DNA of 62,612 nucleotides, counting the filler, from Globobulimina sp. (Eukaryota): assembly GCA_003354225.1 (NCBI GenBank). It is 28 parts of 28 records of this genome, joined end to end, with 100 filler letters (N's around TTAATTAATTAA, not from the genome) between each part and the next. Parts side by side here need not be neighbours in the genome. Positions count along the whole stretch, not along the records: positions 33,617 to 35,755 come from PIVH01008693.1; positions 35,856 to 37,994 come from PIVH01008694.1; positions 38,095 to 40,233 come from PIVH01008695.1; positions 40,334 to 42,471 come from PIVH01008696.1; positions 42,572 to 44,709 come from PIVH01008697.1; positions 44,810 to 46,947 come from PIVH01008698.1; 22 more parts are not named here. One strand, 5' to 3'. Below are positions 33,617-45,626 of the stretch, one piece after another. The translations under genes were made by a program, and so were the position numbers. Every line of letters starts with the position of its first letter. Position 1 is the first letter of the stretch. The notes below the pieces were generated by a model that was given only the letters and a program-made list of their open reading frames with translations, made no database searches and was not told where the DNA came from.

Positions 33617-35321
33617 TTCAAAAAAAGACAGGGAATTAATATCAAAAGAAGAAGAAATTGAAAATTTAAAACAAGTCTTAAAAGAAAAGATTTTGGATCA
33701 AGATCAGTTAAATGATAAATTGCAGCGCGAATCAGCTGCAAATGAAGAATTGATAAACAATTTGAAAAATAAAGTATCGGAATTACACGAAAACGAAGAG
33801 AATGCAGAAGAAATTGCATTGAGCCAACGTAAAATTGAAGATATTGAAATGAAACAAGAAGAAATTTTGAAAGAGATAAATAATAACATCGAATTGCAAG
33901 AAAATTTGGAAAAAAAACATAAAGAATTGGAAGAAAATGAGATGGAATTAAAGGAGGAACAAAACAATTTAGAAAAGGAAAAGAAAGAAGAAATACGGAA
34001 ACGATCTAAAAATGCCTATAAAAAATTTGATATTCGCAGAGCAAATATTATCATGGAATGCGAGATAGATTTTGAACGTATTCGGGAAAGAAAATCCTTG
34101 CTTAACACGGACGACATGATGAAAAGTATAAAATTAAAAATGAGGAAACAATTTAAAAAAGAAATGATGAAATTGCGATTGCAGTTAAATAATAAATCAA
34201 AGCATAATACATTGCCACACACAAAGCTCAGCAGTTCTTTTTTCGGCGATGGCGAGATATCATTTCAATGTTCACCAAACAATGAAATGTGTGCTTGTTT
34301 GGGTGTTAACGGTATATTCCATGTTATTGATATAAAAAGTGGCGATGCGGTTTATTTGCACTCTTTGAAAGAAATTATTTGTACTTATCAACAAATAGAA
34401 AGTGTCGAAAGTGTGGAAACAGTGCATATGGAATGGGATAAAAACAGTGTGTTATTCGGTGTATTGTTGGCTAATTGTAAATGGATTGGAATTTGGAATT
34501 CTTTGACGAAACGATTTTATGAATTTAGTGTGGATGATTGCGATGATATTATAACTTCGTTTGGATGGTCGACAAATAAGTTATTGTTAGGTATGAAGAG
34601 CGGTGATATTTATATCAAAGATATGCGTGAAAATGGCGAAGAAGAAAGCAAATTAATTAAGATTAAGAACAAAATGTTAAATAAGATTGATATTTGTAAA
34701 TGGACACTGGATAATAGCTTTGCAATGGTTGTAAACGAGACACATCTGGCTATTATAAATGAGATTGGTTTGACCGCAGAAAGAATGGCATCAAAGCAAA
34801 TCATAAATGACATTAAATGCGGCACTTTGAATGGTAAAAATGTGTTAACTGTGATTTCGTCCAATAATCTAATATTCCATGGCATCAATGATAAAACAAA
34901 ACGAAAAAGAATGACCTTTGATGCTGATTTTGGTTCAATTATAAATCATTGCTGGTGTCAGGATTCGCTGATTGTTGCGTTTGAAAATGGAAACATTGTT
35001 GTCTTGAATGCTAAAACAGGCAAAAACAAACATATCGAGATCGAGTGTTGCAAAACAATGAAAGATATGGACGGAGAGTATTTTTCCAATATAGGTTGTG
35101 TCATTGCAATGATTGATGATAAATGTATTCGGTTTTTAAAGCTCATCGACAATATAAATGTTGAAAGTGAATGGACATTTATGGCAATCATTGATTACAG
35201 CAATTTAGAATGGATCGGAAAGCATGAAATTCCGACAAAAATTCAATTGACATCAAATGCAAAGCATTCAATTGTGGTCACGGACAAAGGCACAATGCTC
35301 ATCTACAAATTGATAATATAG
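33617..35321 (+). CDS. Coiled coil plus WD40 propeller resembling the IFT144/WDR19 N-terminus, 5'-partial
   Basis: MEWDKNSVLFGV..IGIWN, WS..LLLGMKSGDIYI, and FDADFGSIINHCW..LIVAFENG parallel WDR19 blades. Confidence 0.6.
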
Positions 35322-35443
35322 AAATTAGCTACTTCGAGCTGTCAAGATTTGTTATATATATTTAATTTATTTTAACTGGTCGCAGTAAATAAAACAAGCA
35401 AAAAAAAAAAGAGTTCAATTTAATTTTATCATTTGAAATCAAA

Positions 35444-35689
35444 TCAAGACAGCATTGATAACAAATTGCCAAAAAGGCCACCACTGTTCCTCGGCAATGG
35501 TATACCTAAACATGTGTTTGCAGCTCGTTGCAATAAGGAAATCAATCGCGGATCGACTCGAATTAACGGTTCATATGTTTTTATCACCACATTATATAAA
35601 ACAACACTTTTCCTCTCAATGCTTTCACAAAATAAATCACAGAAATTTTCCAATGGATGTCTTAACGACGGGCCTCTTATCTCATCTCT
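35444..35689 (-). CDS. GET4: GET4 last exon
   Basis: HPLENFCDL..YEPLIRVDP..GGLFGNLLSML*, preceded by an AAACAG acceptor. Confidence 0.65.
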   Translation of the reverse strand, partial: RDEIRGPSLRHPLENFCDLFCESIERKSVVLYNVVIKTYEPLIRVDPRLISLLQRAANTCLGIPLPRNSGGLFGNLLSMLS

Positions 35690-35721
35690 CTGTTTTTAAC
35701 AACAAAAACACCATCAAAACA

Positions 35722-35731
35722 GTGCAAGGAT
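35722..35731 (-). repeat. ATCCTTGCAC dispersed motif copy, inside the GET4 intron ~32 nt upstream of the exon
   Basis: Exact GTGCAAGGAT on the + strand. Confidence 0.8.
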
Positions 35732-35989
35732 CCAACAAAAATAAAGCAAAACTAANNNNNNNNNNNNNNNNNNNNNNNNNNNNNNNNNNNNNNNNNNNNT
35801 TAATTAATTAANNNNNNNNNNNNNNNNNNNNNNNNNNNNNNNNNNNNNNNNNNNNGATTGCTTGCCAGCAGCGTGGATTAATTAAAAGTCCTCACTCTAT
35901 TGCCTCTACTGTCTCTCCATATGGTTTATAATCCATTTGCAAAATAAACCTCCACATAGAAAATCGATAATGGTAAATGCAACAGAAAT

Positions 35990-36056
35990 GGTCGCATAGC
36001 TCAAGCAGAGCACTGGATTAATCCAGAAGATACAGGTTCAAATCCTGTGGCGACAG
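35990..36056 (+). ncRNA. tRNA-like element with a 4-nt anticodon loop
   Basis: GGTCGCA-TA-GCTC-aagca-GAGC-A-CTGGA-ttaa-TCCAG-aagat-ACAGG-TTCAAAT-CCTGT-GGCGACA. Confidence 0.7.
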
Positions 36057-36274
36057 CAAAGCATTATGTAATGGATTTGGATTTTATGGAATGGATGAGT
36101 TTGAATTGAAAAAATGGATTTTGTGGTGAGAATTTGATGGTGATGTAAACCGTCCTATGCATCACCGCAACACCCACCCTATTTTATGATCACCGCAACA
36201 TCACGCAAGGAAATTAATTATTGGATTTTATGATGATGGCATAGTGCATCGCCATCATCACAGCAACATTATGT

Positions 36275-36437
36275 TTGATTTTTATGGTGGATTTTTAGGT
36301 GGATGTTTACTGTGGATTTTTACGGTGGATTTTTACGGTGGGTTTTATGGTGGATTTTTACGGTGGATTTTTACGGTGGATTTTTACGGTGGGTTTTATG
36401 GTGGATTTTATGGGGGAATTTATGGTGGATTTTATTT
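36275..36437. repeat. Minisatellite of 12-13-bp units (TGGATTTTTACGG / TGGGTTTTATGG)
   Basis: About a dozen degenerate tandem units seen directly. Confidence 0.85.
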
Positions 36438-36681
36438 TTGTTTTTTGTCAACAAAATAAGGCTGCCCATCGCAATAAATCACGTTGGCTTCGCAATCCAA
36501 TAAAAATTTATTACCAACACCGATGGTCGCACCGCAGCCTTTGCTCAATGTACGAATAAACGGCCGGTGCGAAATAAGATCAAAATCCATAACACAAAGC
36601 CGCATAATAATAAATCCTGAAATATGCGATCTAATTCCATAAATTCCCAACCTTGCGACCCAAATAATACGCCATTCCATG

Positions 36682-36763
36682 TCATCGCCGTAGGATTTGA
36701 ACCTACATCCATTTGGTTTGCAATCCATTCAAACCAATGCTCTGCCAATTGAGCTAGGCGACC
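36682..36763 (-). ncRNA. tRNA-like element with an enlarged anticodon arm (pseudo-tRNA or tRNA-Phe-like with 8-nt insertion)
   Basis: GGTCGCC-TA-GCTC-aattggca-GAGC-A-TTGGT-ttgaatggattgcaa-ACCAA-atggat-GTAGG-TTCAAAT-CCTAC-GGCGATG. Confidence 0.7.
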
Positions 36764-37424
36764 TTCCATATGACTTCCGAATGCTTTTTACTTGATTTTA
36801 AAAAATATCGATTCTTGAAAAAAGTAAATCGGGACGAGTCGATTTTAGATTGTCCTAAATATGATTTTTGATTCGTCGTAGATACTTTTAGACGAAATTC
36901 ATGAATGAGAATCATATTTAGGATCGCCAATCTAAAAGACAAGTGTAGACATTGGAGACATGAAAGTCAATTCAAAAAAACATCTGTTTTTCATACAATT
37001 GTTCCGATGACTTCACGATATCCGATATTGTCATCAACAAACGTTTTCATTCGATTTACAATTCAATTCATATGTGTGTGTGTCATTCCTGATTAATAAA
37101 ATATGTTTAAATCGCACTCGTCCATCATTTCCATCATTGGAACACAATACAGATTCGACATAACTCAACTCCACCTATAATCACAGAAGATAAACGAATT
37201 ATAAATGTTAATTCCGTCGGGACAGGACAGATGCTTCACACATACAAAAAAGATTAAATCCTAGATTAAACACATCCCACAAATATGACAATTCCTTCAG
37301 AACCTCACAACATTTTTCAAACCAACTCCAAAATGTCAAAAATATTTTATAATTTAAAAACACTCCATTTCTATTTCATTTCGTTGCACCATTTTTGACA
37401 ATAATCGCTGAGGCACTTTTGAAT

Positions 37425-37994
37425 ATGTCACAGAACAAAGGATACATTGCACCAAAATGGATATTTCCACGAGATTACCTCTGTCAAAGACACTGCATTT
37501 ATTTCAAAATCTAAAATCTTTCCTGGCAATAAGTATTCTTTCACAATGCATCCGCACTGTTATTTCGAGGAATTCAGGCTCGGAATTATTGAACAGTGTC
37601 CAGAAATGCACGATAGCAGCAAACACAAACAATGTATTCCTTTAATTAAAGTGATGTATTGTGCAATCTATTTCTGGATATGAAGTGCAGGTGCAATGGC
37701 AATGGACATATTTGGAGAAAATTGAAATGATCATAGATTTAAGGGATTCAAAGAATGCATCGTTACAAATCTACATCTATGGAGGGGATAAGTTGCTGTA
37801 TGGAGGATATAAAGATTGTCCACTCTGCCGCAGAAATTCTAAGTTTCACAAGAGTCAAGAGATGTGGCGCCAGAACCGAATTCAAATGCTTCCCCAAAAT
37901 TAAATTTCAACTTGAAAGCACTGATCATCAAGGATATTTCACAGTCATGTCATATTCACGTCGACATTGGCGTGGTTATAATTATCAAAATGTT
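37425..37994 (+). pseudogene. Degraded SPRY-like gene
   Basis: FISKSKIFPGNKYSFTM..FRLGII..IEMIIDL spread over several frames. Confidence 0.35.
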
Positions 37995-38094
37995 NNNNNN
38001 NNNNNNNNNNNNNNNNNNNNNNNNNNNNNNNNNNNNNNTTAATTAATTAANNNNNNNNNNNNNNNNNNNNNNNNNNNNNNNNNNNNNNNNNNNN

Positions 38095-38369
38095 TACGTG
38101 CCTTCGCCTAATTTCTCCAATTTCTCATAGGCTTCTAAGCCGCTCCATTTTTTGTTATCTCCATTGCTAAATTTCGTATTGGTGTCGGTTTTTTGTTTTT
38201 TAATGTTGTTGTTATCTGAATGTCCATTTATATCCAATGCGTCATGCAACGAGCGTTTACGTGATTTTGTATTGTTATTCTTATTATCGGTGTTATTATG
38301 TGTTGATTGGGCAGAAAAATTGCCATTTGGCAGGTGGTATAATGTATTATTATTATTGTTTTCTGACAT
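38095..38369 (-). CDS. Cyclin-dependent kinase N-terminus
   Basis: N-rich extension then LEAYEKLEKLGEGT at the contig end. Confidence 0.8.
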
Positions 38370-38542
38370 TATGGTTTTGTTTGTTGTGTGTGTGCTTTGA
38401 TTTTATTTGCTATAAAACATGAACACGGAATCCTGTATTTTTGTATATGTTTATCCGTGTTGGCCGCATGGGAAGACTGAGCCAAAGTTTTTTGTTGTTG
38501 ATGATAACGTTAAAAATAATATAATTGCGTGACGCAGCAACA

Positions 38543-38890
38543 ATGAATGAAGTTATATACGAGGTCAATTTGGAAATACAGAAAGAGTATGCAGAGGACT
38601 ATATGAATTGGTTGCGACCACATATTATGGATATGCTAAAATTTGAAGGATTTATATCATGCACCATTAGTAATTTTGAGCGAGTGAAAGAATTTAATGA
38701 TCCTCAAATTGTCGGGAAAGTAGTAACATATCGTGTAAGATCAAGAGAAGATTTGCTGCAATATTTTGATTTTGGAGCCACGAAAATGAGAGGACAGGCC
38801 ACAAATAAATTTAAAGGGAAATTTAGAGCATGGCGGCGCGTGATTGCACCTAAAGAAAAGTATCAAATCCTTGCAAAATCAAAATTGTAG
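38543..38890 (+). CDS. DUF4286-like protein
   Basis: IYEVNL..YMNWL..HI.DML..EGF..Y..S..DL..YF..A..MR..KF..F.A.RRV pattern. Confidence 0.7.
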   Translation: MNEVIYEVNLEIQKEYAEDYMNWLRPHIMDMLKFEGFISCTISNFERVKEFNDPQIVGKVVTYRVRSREDLLQYFDFGATKMRGQATNKFKGKFRAWRRVIAPKEKYQILAKSKL

Positions 38891-38945
38891 AAAATTAATT
38901 ATATATAACGACATTTAATGTAACTTTCTTGCTTTAATCTACGGA

Positions 38946-38955
38946 GTGCAAGGAT
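38946..38955 (-). repeat. ATCCTTGCAC dispersed motif copy, between convergent genes
   Basis: Exact GTGCAAGGAT on the + strand. Confidence 0.8.
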
Positions 38956-39116
38956 ATATATTTCATATTTCACTGTTTATGGCTTAAGCACAGCAATTGC
39001 AAAGACATAACAATCTAAAAACACTTTAAAAGTAACACTTAAAAAAAAGAAAAAATAACATAATAGTGGTACAATCATCTGCTGTGACACTTTTTTTTTT
39101 GTATTATTAAATAAAA

Positions 39117-39632
39117 TTATTTTTCTTGTTTATGCTCATCCTGTTCCTGGATGGTGTTATTTCTCCCATACGCCATTAATTGTAATTCAATTGTGGCAGA
39201 TTTTGTTAATAAATCTATTCTATGATCCATAATATTTTTTAAATTTTTAATTTGCTTTAATTCAGAAGTAACATCAGGAAACGTATAGACATACGACCAC
39301 CACGATTTTTTATGTTTGGTGCATTTTTCTTGTACAGAATCCAATTGTGCTTGGATTAAACCCATTGAACTATGTAAATGTTCAAAACAAACCTTTATTG
39401 TAGCTCCGCATTTCGGTAAAATAGGTTCTAAATCTTCTAACAATGCTTTGATTGTACTTAATGATGCTTTTACATCCAATTCAATTAACACTTTGGTCAT
39501 ATCCGGATGGGTTATTTCCATTGATATTATTCCTTCCATCGCTAATACCAATTTACCTGCCACTTGATATGCCATTGAATGATTTATTCCTGAAATAAGT
39601 GACGATGCTGTTGCAAATGCTAACGTTTCCAT
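39117..39632 (-). CDS. Helical-bundle hypothetical protein
   Basis: Complete 171-aa ORF; ELDV..L..I...H..SWWSY. Confidence 0.65.
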   Translation of the reverse strand: METLAFATASSLISGINHSMAYQVAGKLVLAMEGIISMEITHPDMTKVLIELDVKASLSTIKALLEDLEPILPKCGATIKVCFEHLHSSMGLIQAQLDSVQEKCTKHKKSWWSYVYTFPDVTSELKQIKNLKNIMDHRIDLLTKSATIELQLMAYGRNNTIQEQDEHKQEK

Positions 39633-40407
39633 TATTATGATAGATTGGCGTTCCTTATTGATTATGATTTATGGGTAATTAATAATTAAGCGGGAATTGC
39701 TGAAGTAGCTGAACTGCAAAGTTTTTATTTTAATTTTCTGCCAGTGACGCTGAAAAACTTTTAATTAAAATTCAGCATTTATGAACTGTAAACATCGTGA
39801 TTGTTGTTTGCGTTCTAACAACGAGAAAATCCACTTGTTTATTGACAAGGACACAACGGGCAATGTATAAATTCAACTCTTTTCAATTTTATCCACATCT
39901 TTAAATAGTTAGTATCAAATAAATGTATATTAGATTTTAATTCATTACATATTTTATTTGCATCTTTTTCGTGTTCATCACACAAAAAACACCATTTTGA
40001 TGATTTCAAACATATGATAGTGGATATTGAGTCGCATTCACATAATTTCATTTGTGAAAATGAACATTTTTGATTTAGTCGTGTATTATTCACTGATAAT
40101 TCAACTGTATATGTTCCAATCGCATCATATTTAGTGATATTATTAATGCCATTTTTTCTTGAATAAACTATAGATTTATCATCAGGTTCTATCTTTAGAG
40201 AAAAAAATAATAAAATAAAATTGTAGACTAAGTNNNNNNNNNNNNNNNNNNNNNNNNNNNNNNNNNNNNNNNNNNNNTTAATTAATTAANNNNNNNNNNN
40301 NNNNNNNNNNNNNNNNNNNNNNNNNNNNNNNNNCTTCATTCTCTTCTTCACTCTCTTCTTCTTTCTCTTCTTCACTCTCTATATATTAAAACAAAAAACA
40401 TAAAATA

Positions 40408-42059
40408 TTATAAACAATAAATTATATACAAACTGTTGTTATGTTTTTCTGTATCCATTTGATGAGCAACTTTTCCTTCTGAATCATTCTCATATTTTTG
40501 TTCATCATTAAGATTGTTATAATTATCTGGTAGAGGTATTTGAGGATAATGCAATTGGATATATTCATTCAACCAAACATCATCAGTCACTATCTCTCCA
40601 GTAATGGAATAAAAATTAATTTTAAATCTTAAATGCGGTGGAATCTCTGCGGATTTTGCAATCATAAACTTATCCCATAATTGTCTGTTATTTACATGAT
40701 CGTCTGACACAACATCCACTTTATTCACATCATTTAGCTTCATAAATTCATAAACTTTTTTAACTTTTTCTTTTGTAACATCACTATGCTCCAAACCCCA
40801 CTCCTTATTTTTTTTACTGTATAATAATTTTTAATTGATAATTGATCATCAAATTTCTTCATCCATTTATCTGGTAACAATGGTCGTTGATGATTGATTT
40901 TGCACAACTTCATTAAATCAAATATCCGTATTCTAACAATTTCAAATGAGTCGTAATATACGCATGTTTTCCAAATATTATTTGGTATAAAAAACCAATC
41001 CCAAAGATTAGAGTAGAAATTGTTCATCAAAACATCACAATCTTGCGTCAGTTCACCAGCTGATATATTCATATCTTGTTCTAATAATTTAAACACATCA
41101 TTTGTTTTCATAGTCAAATCTAATTTATATTCTTTAATATATCTTGCATTTCGATGAGATATCGTTGTTCTTCTTTGTCTCTGATAATTATAAAACAAAA
41201 AACCATCATTGTACTGATTGCTAATTTCTTCCACCATGCTCCATAATGTTGACGTTAAACTCTGTGGCACATTTTGTAATAAAGCAGTGTATGCGGTGTG
41301 GTGTATTGTTGATAAATGATACATTCTGTTATATTTATTATCTGTTAACACTTGTAATTTTTGTCGTATATCATTAACATTATCAGCTAATAACTTCTCT
41401 GCTAAAATGGCACAGATATCGTTTATAGTGGTTCTACCATCAAACTGACCGCTTTCTTTATTTTCATTAAATATATTAATATTCGGATTCATTTTCATCT
41501 CTGTTTCTTGAGAGTATATATATCCTCGATTGTGGTCATAATGACAGTAATTAATGTTTAGTCTTTGCGACAAAATAATTTTTAATCTCATTGGAAGATT
41601 TAATTCATCAAAATCTTTGTTATTAAAGTGGGTTTTAAATAGTTCAATGTTATATAAATACAATGATTTACAGAATGCGTCAATATTATTTATATCAGTG
41701 ATGGCTGAATCAATATCATTTTCAGATTTTAGTGCGTTTAATATCTCTCTCATATCATTGGTCGCAATTACATCTTCAGTAAATTGTGTAAATAATACAT
41801 TTTGTCTGCATTGGTTGCTATATTCATTTATTTTGTTTCCAAAAACAGTCGACAAACCCAAAGAATTCCACGTTTCTTTATCAACTTCCAATAAATCAAT
41901 TGCTCGGTAATACCACTGTCTCCTTAGCATAGAAATAAATTTAGCAGCATATGCTTCATGGTTCTCAATATTGCGTTTTTTAGCGATTCTTGTTAACACA
42001 GTTGATATTGGAGTTGTTGGTTCGTCGGATGGAGAACAACAGCAACAACTGTTGCCCAT
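40408..42059 (-). CDS. Dually acylated (MGNSCCCC) repeat protein; frameshift in a homopolymer at ~40810
   Basis: Myristoyl/palmitoyl N-terminus and SAM-like internal repeats. The two ORFs join if one base is changed in the A run. Confidence 0.6.
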
Positions 42060-42644
42060 AATTGATTTTCGTGATGGCTAGACCTTGCTGACATGAAAAG
42101 AAATGTAGAAAGTTTTTGAAGTGTTTATATTAATCTTACCTACGCTTCACACCATGTCTGTGTCACAATTTAGACACAGAGTGATACACTCGACAGGTTT
42201 GGCATTAATCTTTTTTTTTATTCGTTGCTCTTATGTTTTCAACATGCAGTAATTGTTTACATCTGGATGTGTTTACATATGCTGATAACAACAAACATGG
42301 CCTCAATATTTGCTAACAATGGATTATGTTGTCAATCACCTGAACAATGTGCAATTACAGGTTGTGATATCGATGAAACAAAATGTTGCCGATTAAATGA
42401 CGATTATATCTGTGATAATAACACGCATACAAATATATATGAAGGCTCATTTACAATAACAATGTTTATTTNNNNNNNNNNNNNNNNNNNNNNNNNNNNN
42501 NNNNNNNNNNNNNNNTTAATTAATTAANNNNNNNNNNNNNNNNNNNNNNNNNNNNNNNNNNNNNNNNNNNNATCTAGATATAAAAGCAAATGCCGAGGTG
42601 TTTGATAAGATCAGTATTAAAAAAAAAAAACTTTTCGAACAGCA

Positions 42645-42673
42645 AAAAAAATCAGTGCTTATCGGAGAGCCCT
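42645..42673. repeat. Dispersed repeat end ...CAGTGCTTATCGGAGAGCCCT
   Basis: Second copy of 18291-18318. Confidence 0.65.
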
Positions 42674-42855
42674 TATAAATATAAATGTTGATATATGCGT
42701 TGTTTGTGTTTTAGTTTATTGCTGGTGATTATATGATCAGTGTCTTCTAAACGCATAGGTTGTAAATAGAATTTTCTTATTTACCTTACAATTTTGCAAG
42801 ATTTCAACTTACAATTCAAAAACAAGCAGCAAATAGTCCAAATACAATATTAAGG

Positions 42856-44057
42856 TCATTCATTTGTATTTTTTAGAGGTTGTATTTCCGCCTCATCAAT
42901 GTGAACCGCAATATCATCTTTCAAGCCATGACCAACGTCATTGCCAGTACCCGCATAACTAGCCATGGCATTAATATTCCCCTTGTCATTATAATTAAAA
43001 GTGGCAATCACTGTCACCGTAGCCCCAATCAAGAAGACAATGTCTAAATAGTCTGCCAACAAAATAGAGCCACCGACACAAATTAAAATCAACGAGATGG
43101 CGGAGGCAAATCCTTTAATAATAACATCCGTATATTTGATAGTTAACGCCACCAATAAACCGCCACACGTCCAAATAATGACTAACATATAGGTCACCAT
43201 CGAAAAACCATTAAAAAACGTGTTCTCTTTATACAGCCAACTCCGGTCAATGAACAATGAAATTATTCCAAATATTATGCTCCAAAATGATAACTGAATA
43301 TTCCTGTCCCATATCGACAATTTCACCGCATCGGTTTGCAATTGTAACTGATCCGTAATGTTGACATTCATTGCGAACTTTTTATTTTTTAGCAATAACT
43401 CTGTCATAACACCGGCAAAACCGGACAAACCAACAATTGTTAACATGGCCGCACTGCCTTTGACCGGATCGTTATTATTCGCTAAGACGCCTTCGTCATT
43501 TAACGAGAAAGTATGATATTCCATCAGTAAGCCACCAGTCATTAACAATAATAAGGCGCGCCATTGCCGCCATAATAAGCGTTTATTTAATAAGCACACT
43601 GACGCCAAAGCAGCGGATAATATTTTCATTTGTTGCAAGCAGGCAAAGACCGCAGATGATAGATTCTCAGAGGCAACGTACTGTAAACTGTTTTGTACAA
43701 AATAACACGTTGCTGGCACCCACGTATAGCCACTGTTGCGGACTAAATAAGTTGTTTTAGAGATGATGGAGCTATGTGACTTGGATAAGCCGCTCTCGCC
43801 GATTCCTAACATGATTAATAAAATGCATACTGCAAATTTACAGATCTCAGTAAGAATTACGGCTGATGTGGGGTTGTAGGATTCTGCTAATACGCCGCGT
43901 GAATATCGCATCACTAAGGTTTGGCTCGCATTCTATCCTTGCGTACAAAAACAATGTATGTCGTTACCGTCCATTTGTATATGCAACTTTTGCACTAAAC
44001 TTGTAAAACCAAAAGGCCTAATACTAGGATTTTTAGGTTGTTAGAGACTTCGGGCAT
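42856..44057 (-). CDS. Nucleotide-sugar transporter (SLC35A; UDP-Gal/CMP-Sia type), intron 43933..44000
   Basis: Spliced LVLQ-NASQTLVMRYSR, VPATCYFVQNSLQY, QMKIL, SGFAGV.TE.LLK, SIWDRNIQL and GGLLVA..IKYTD.IIKGFA. Confidence 0.92.
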
Positions 44058-44809
44058 GATCTGATATTTGTTTTTTACTTGAGCTAAAATGTAATTTAAG
44101 GCCCATAATATAATGCAAATAAAATCCTAGCTAAATTACTTTAAAAATGTTGTATAAGAAATGTCATAAAAGCACTCCGTAATTGATGTTAAGTTGGAAC
44201 AATGCATCATATTTTGAACACAACAATTAATAAACAAAAACAATCAGTCAAGATCACAAAAAAAAAAATCAAAAACATTCTTTTCAATTATTTCATGTTA
44301 ATTGGCTTTTAACACAAAAAAATAAACAATATTGGGGGAGGGCTATGGGGAGGATCAGAATGGACAGACCACAGAGACAGGTCAAGGGATACAGGGGTTC
44401 GCATATTAAAGACCAGGGAGAAAAACCATGCAATAAAAACGATACAATTATAATACAAAAAACAAATTGAAAATGCAAACACACATTGATTGACAAAAAA
44501 GTTTGTGAGTGTGAGAGGTCAAGAAAAAATAAGGAAAAAAACATATAATATTTGAAAAAAAACAATAAAAATAAAAAAATCAATACGCTAAAATGTCCAA
44601 CAAAAAAGAAAAGAACAATTAATAAAAAAAACAGAAATTAACAAACAAAGCGTTAATTATAAATTATTAATTTACAATAATTGTCGATGCAAAATGTAAA
44701 ACTAATACANNNNNNNNNNNNNNNNNNNNNNNNNNNNNNNNNNNNNNNNNNNNTTAATTAATTAANNNNNNNNNNNNNNNNNNNNNNNNNNNNNNNNNNN
44801 NNNNNNNNN

Positions 44810-45527
44810 TTTCCTGCCCAATGAAATTAGCCAATGCACTTTTCGCGTGATAGGCCCCGGTATAATCTTTATATTGCCAATAAAATATACTCTGATCCTG
44901 GTCTTTGCCAATCCACGGTATGAACATCGCATCTTCGATACCCAGGGCTCGCGCCACCGGCGCTGCATAGTCTAATGAGGCACCAAAATGTCCAGAATCG
45001 TTACTCCAATACACAATTTTGCCATTGTCATTGGTAGAAAATGTACCTGCAAACACTACAAATTTGCCAGGTGCGGCTGCGTTATATGCGGATATAAACT
45101 CATCCATTGGCAACACCGAGGTATGTCCGATGTTTTCGATATAATAATGTTCTTCAAAGAAATCAACAACATCCGCTGCATAGGGCGCTATATAACGTAT
45201 ATCCGGCGCCTCGCCGCCACGTATTATGAACCAATAATGTGTGTTCGTTTTAAATGCCCCATTTTCTTGTCTCACTGCGAATTCTGGTAAGGGTTCAACT
45301 GCGTATTCTTTATCGACTACAAATTGTTGAATATCATCCAATGCGACCACGGCTAATAATGGACATTCTGAGGATTGTAAGCCATCATCGCATGGCACGG
45401 ATACACCTAAACATGATACTGTGTCATGGTGAGAAGGCGAAGAATGTATGATAGCTTCTTCTGACTCGTTTGATTCTTCGTTGGCAATGTCATTTTGGTT
45501 TGAATGTGCCCCCAACCTTGGTGCCAT
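44810..45527 (-). CDS. Hypothetical protein with an H-x-S...AG...SN-x-SGH motif, 3'-partial
   Basis: GHTSV..VVFAGTF..GKIVYWSNDSGHF. Confidence 0.55.
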
Positions 45528-45626
45528 GTTTTTTTTTTTTAATATTCAAAGGAAAAAGATGTTTGTTGAGGGGTTGAGTAGAGTAGTTTTTTTGTGAAAA
45601 ACATTGACTTTTATATTGTCTACTTA

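Noticed and set aside
36014-36026. Ochre or opal suppressor tRNA reading of the tRNA-like elements (TTA here, TCA at ~10133)
   Set aside because: The loops are only 4 nt, the acceptor stems are imperfect and there is no canonical U33 geometry, so no anticodon can be assigned.
36275-36437. Telomeric repeat or CRISPR array
   Set aside because: Internal, degenerate 12-13-bp tandem units with no spacers.
36244-36769. Short ORFs in several frames (FYGGF / WIFTVD repeats)
   Set aside because: These are translations of the minisatellite and the tRNA-like element, not genes.
40790-40820. Programmed ribosomal frameshift
   Set aside because: The shift falls in an A homopolymer, so a sequencing indel is simpler.
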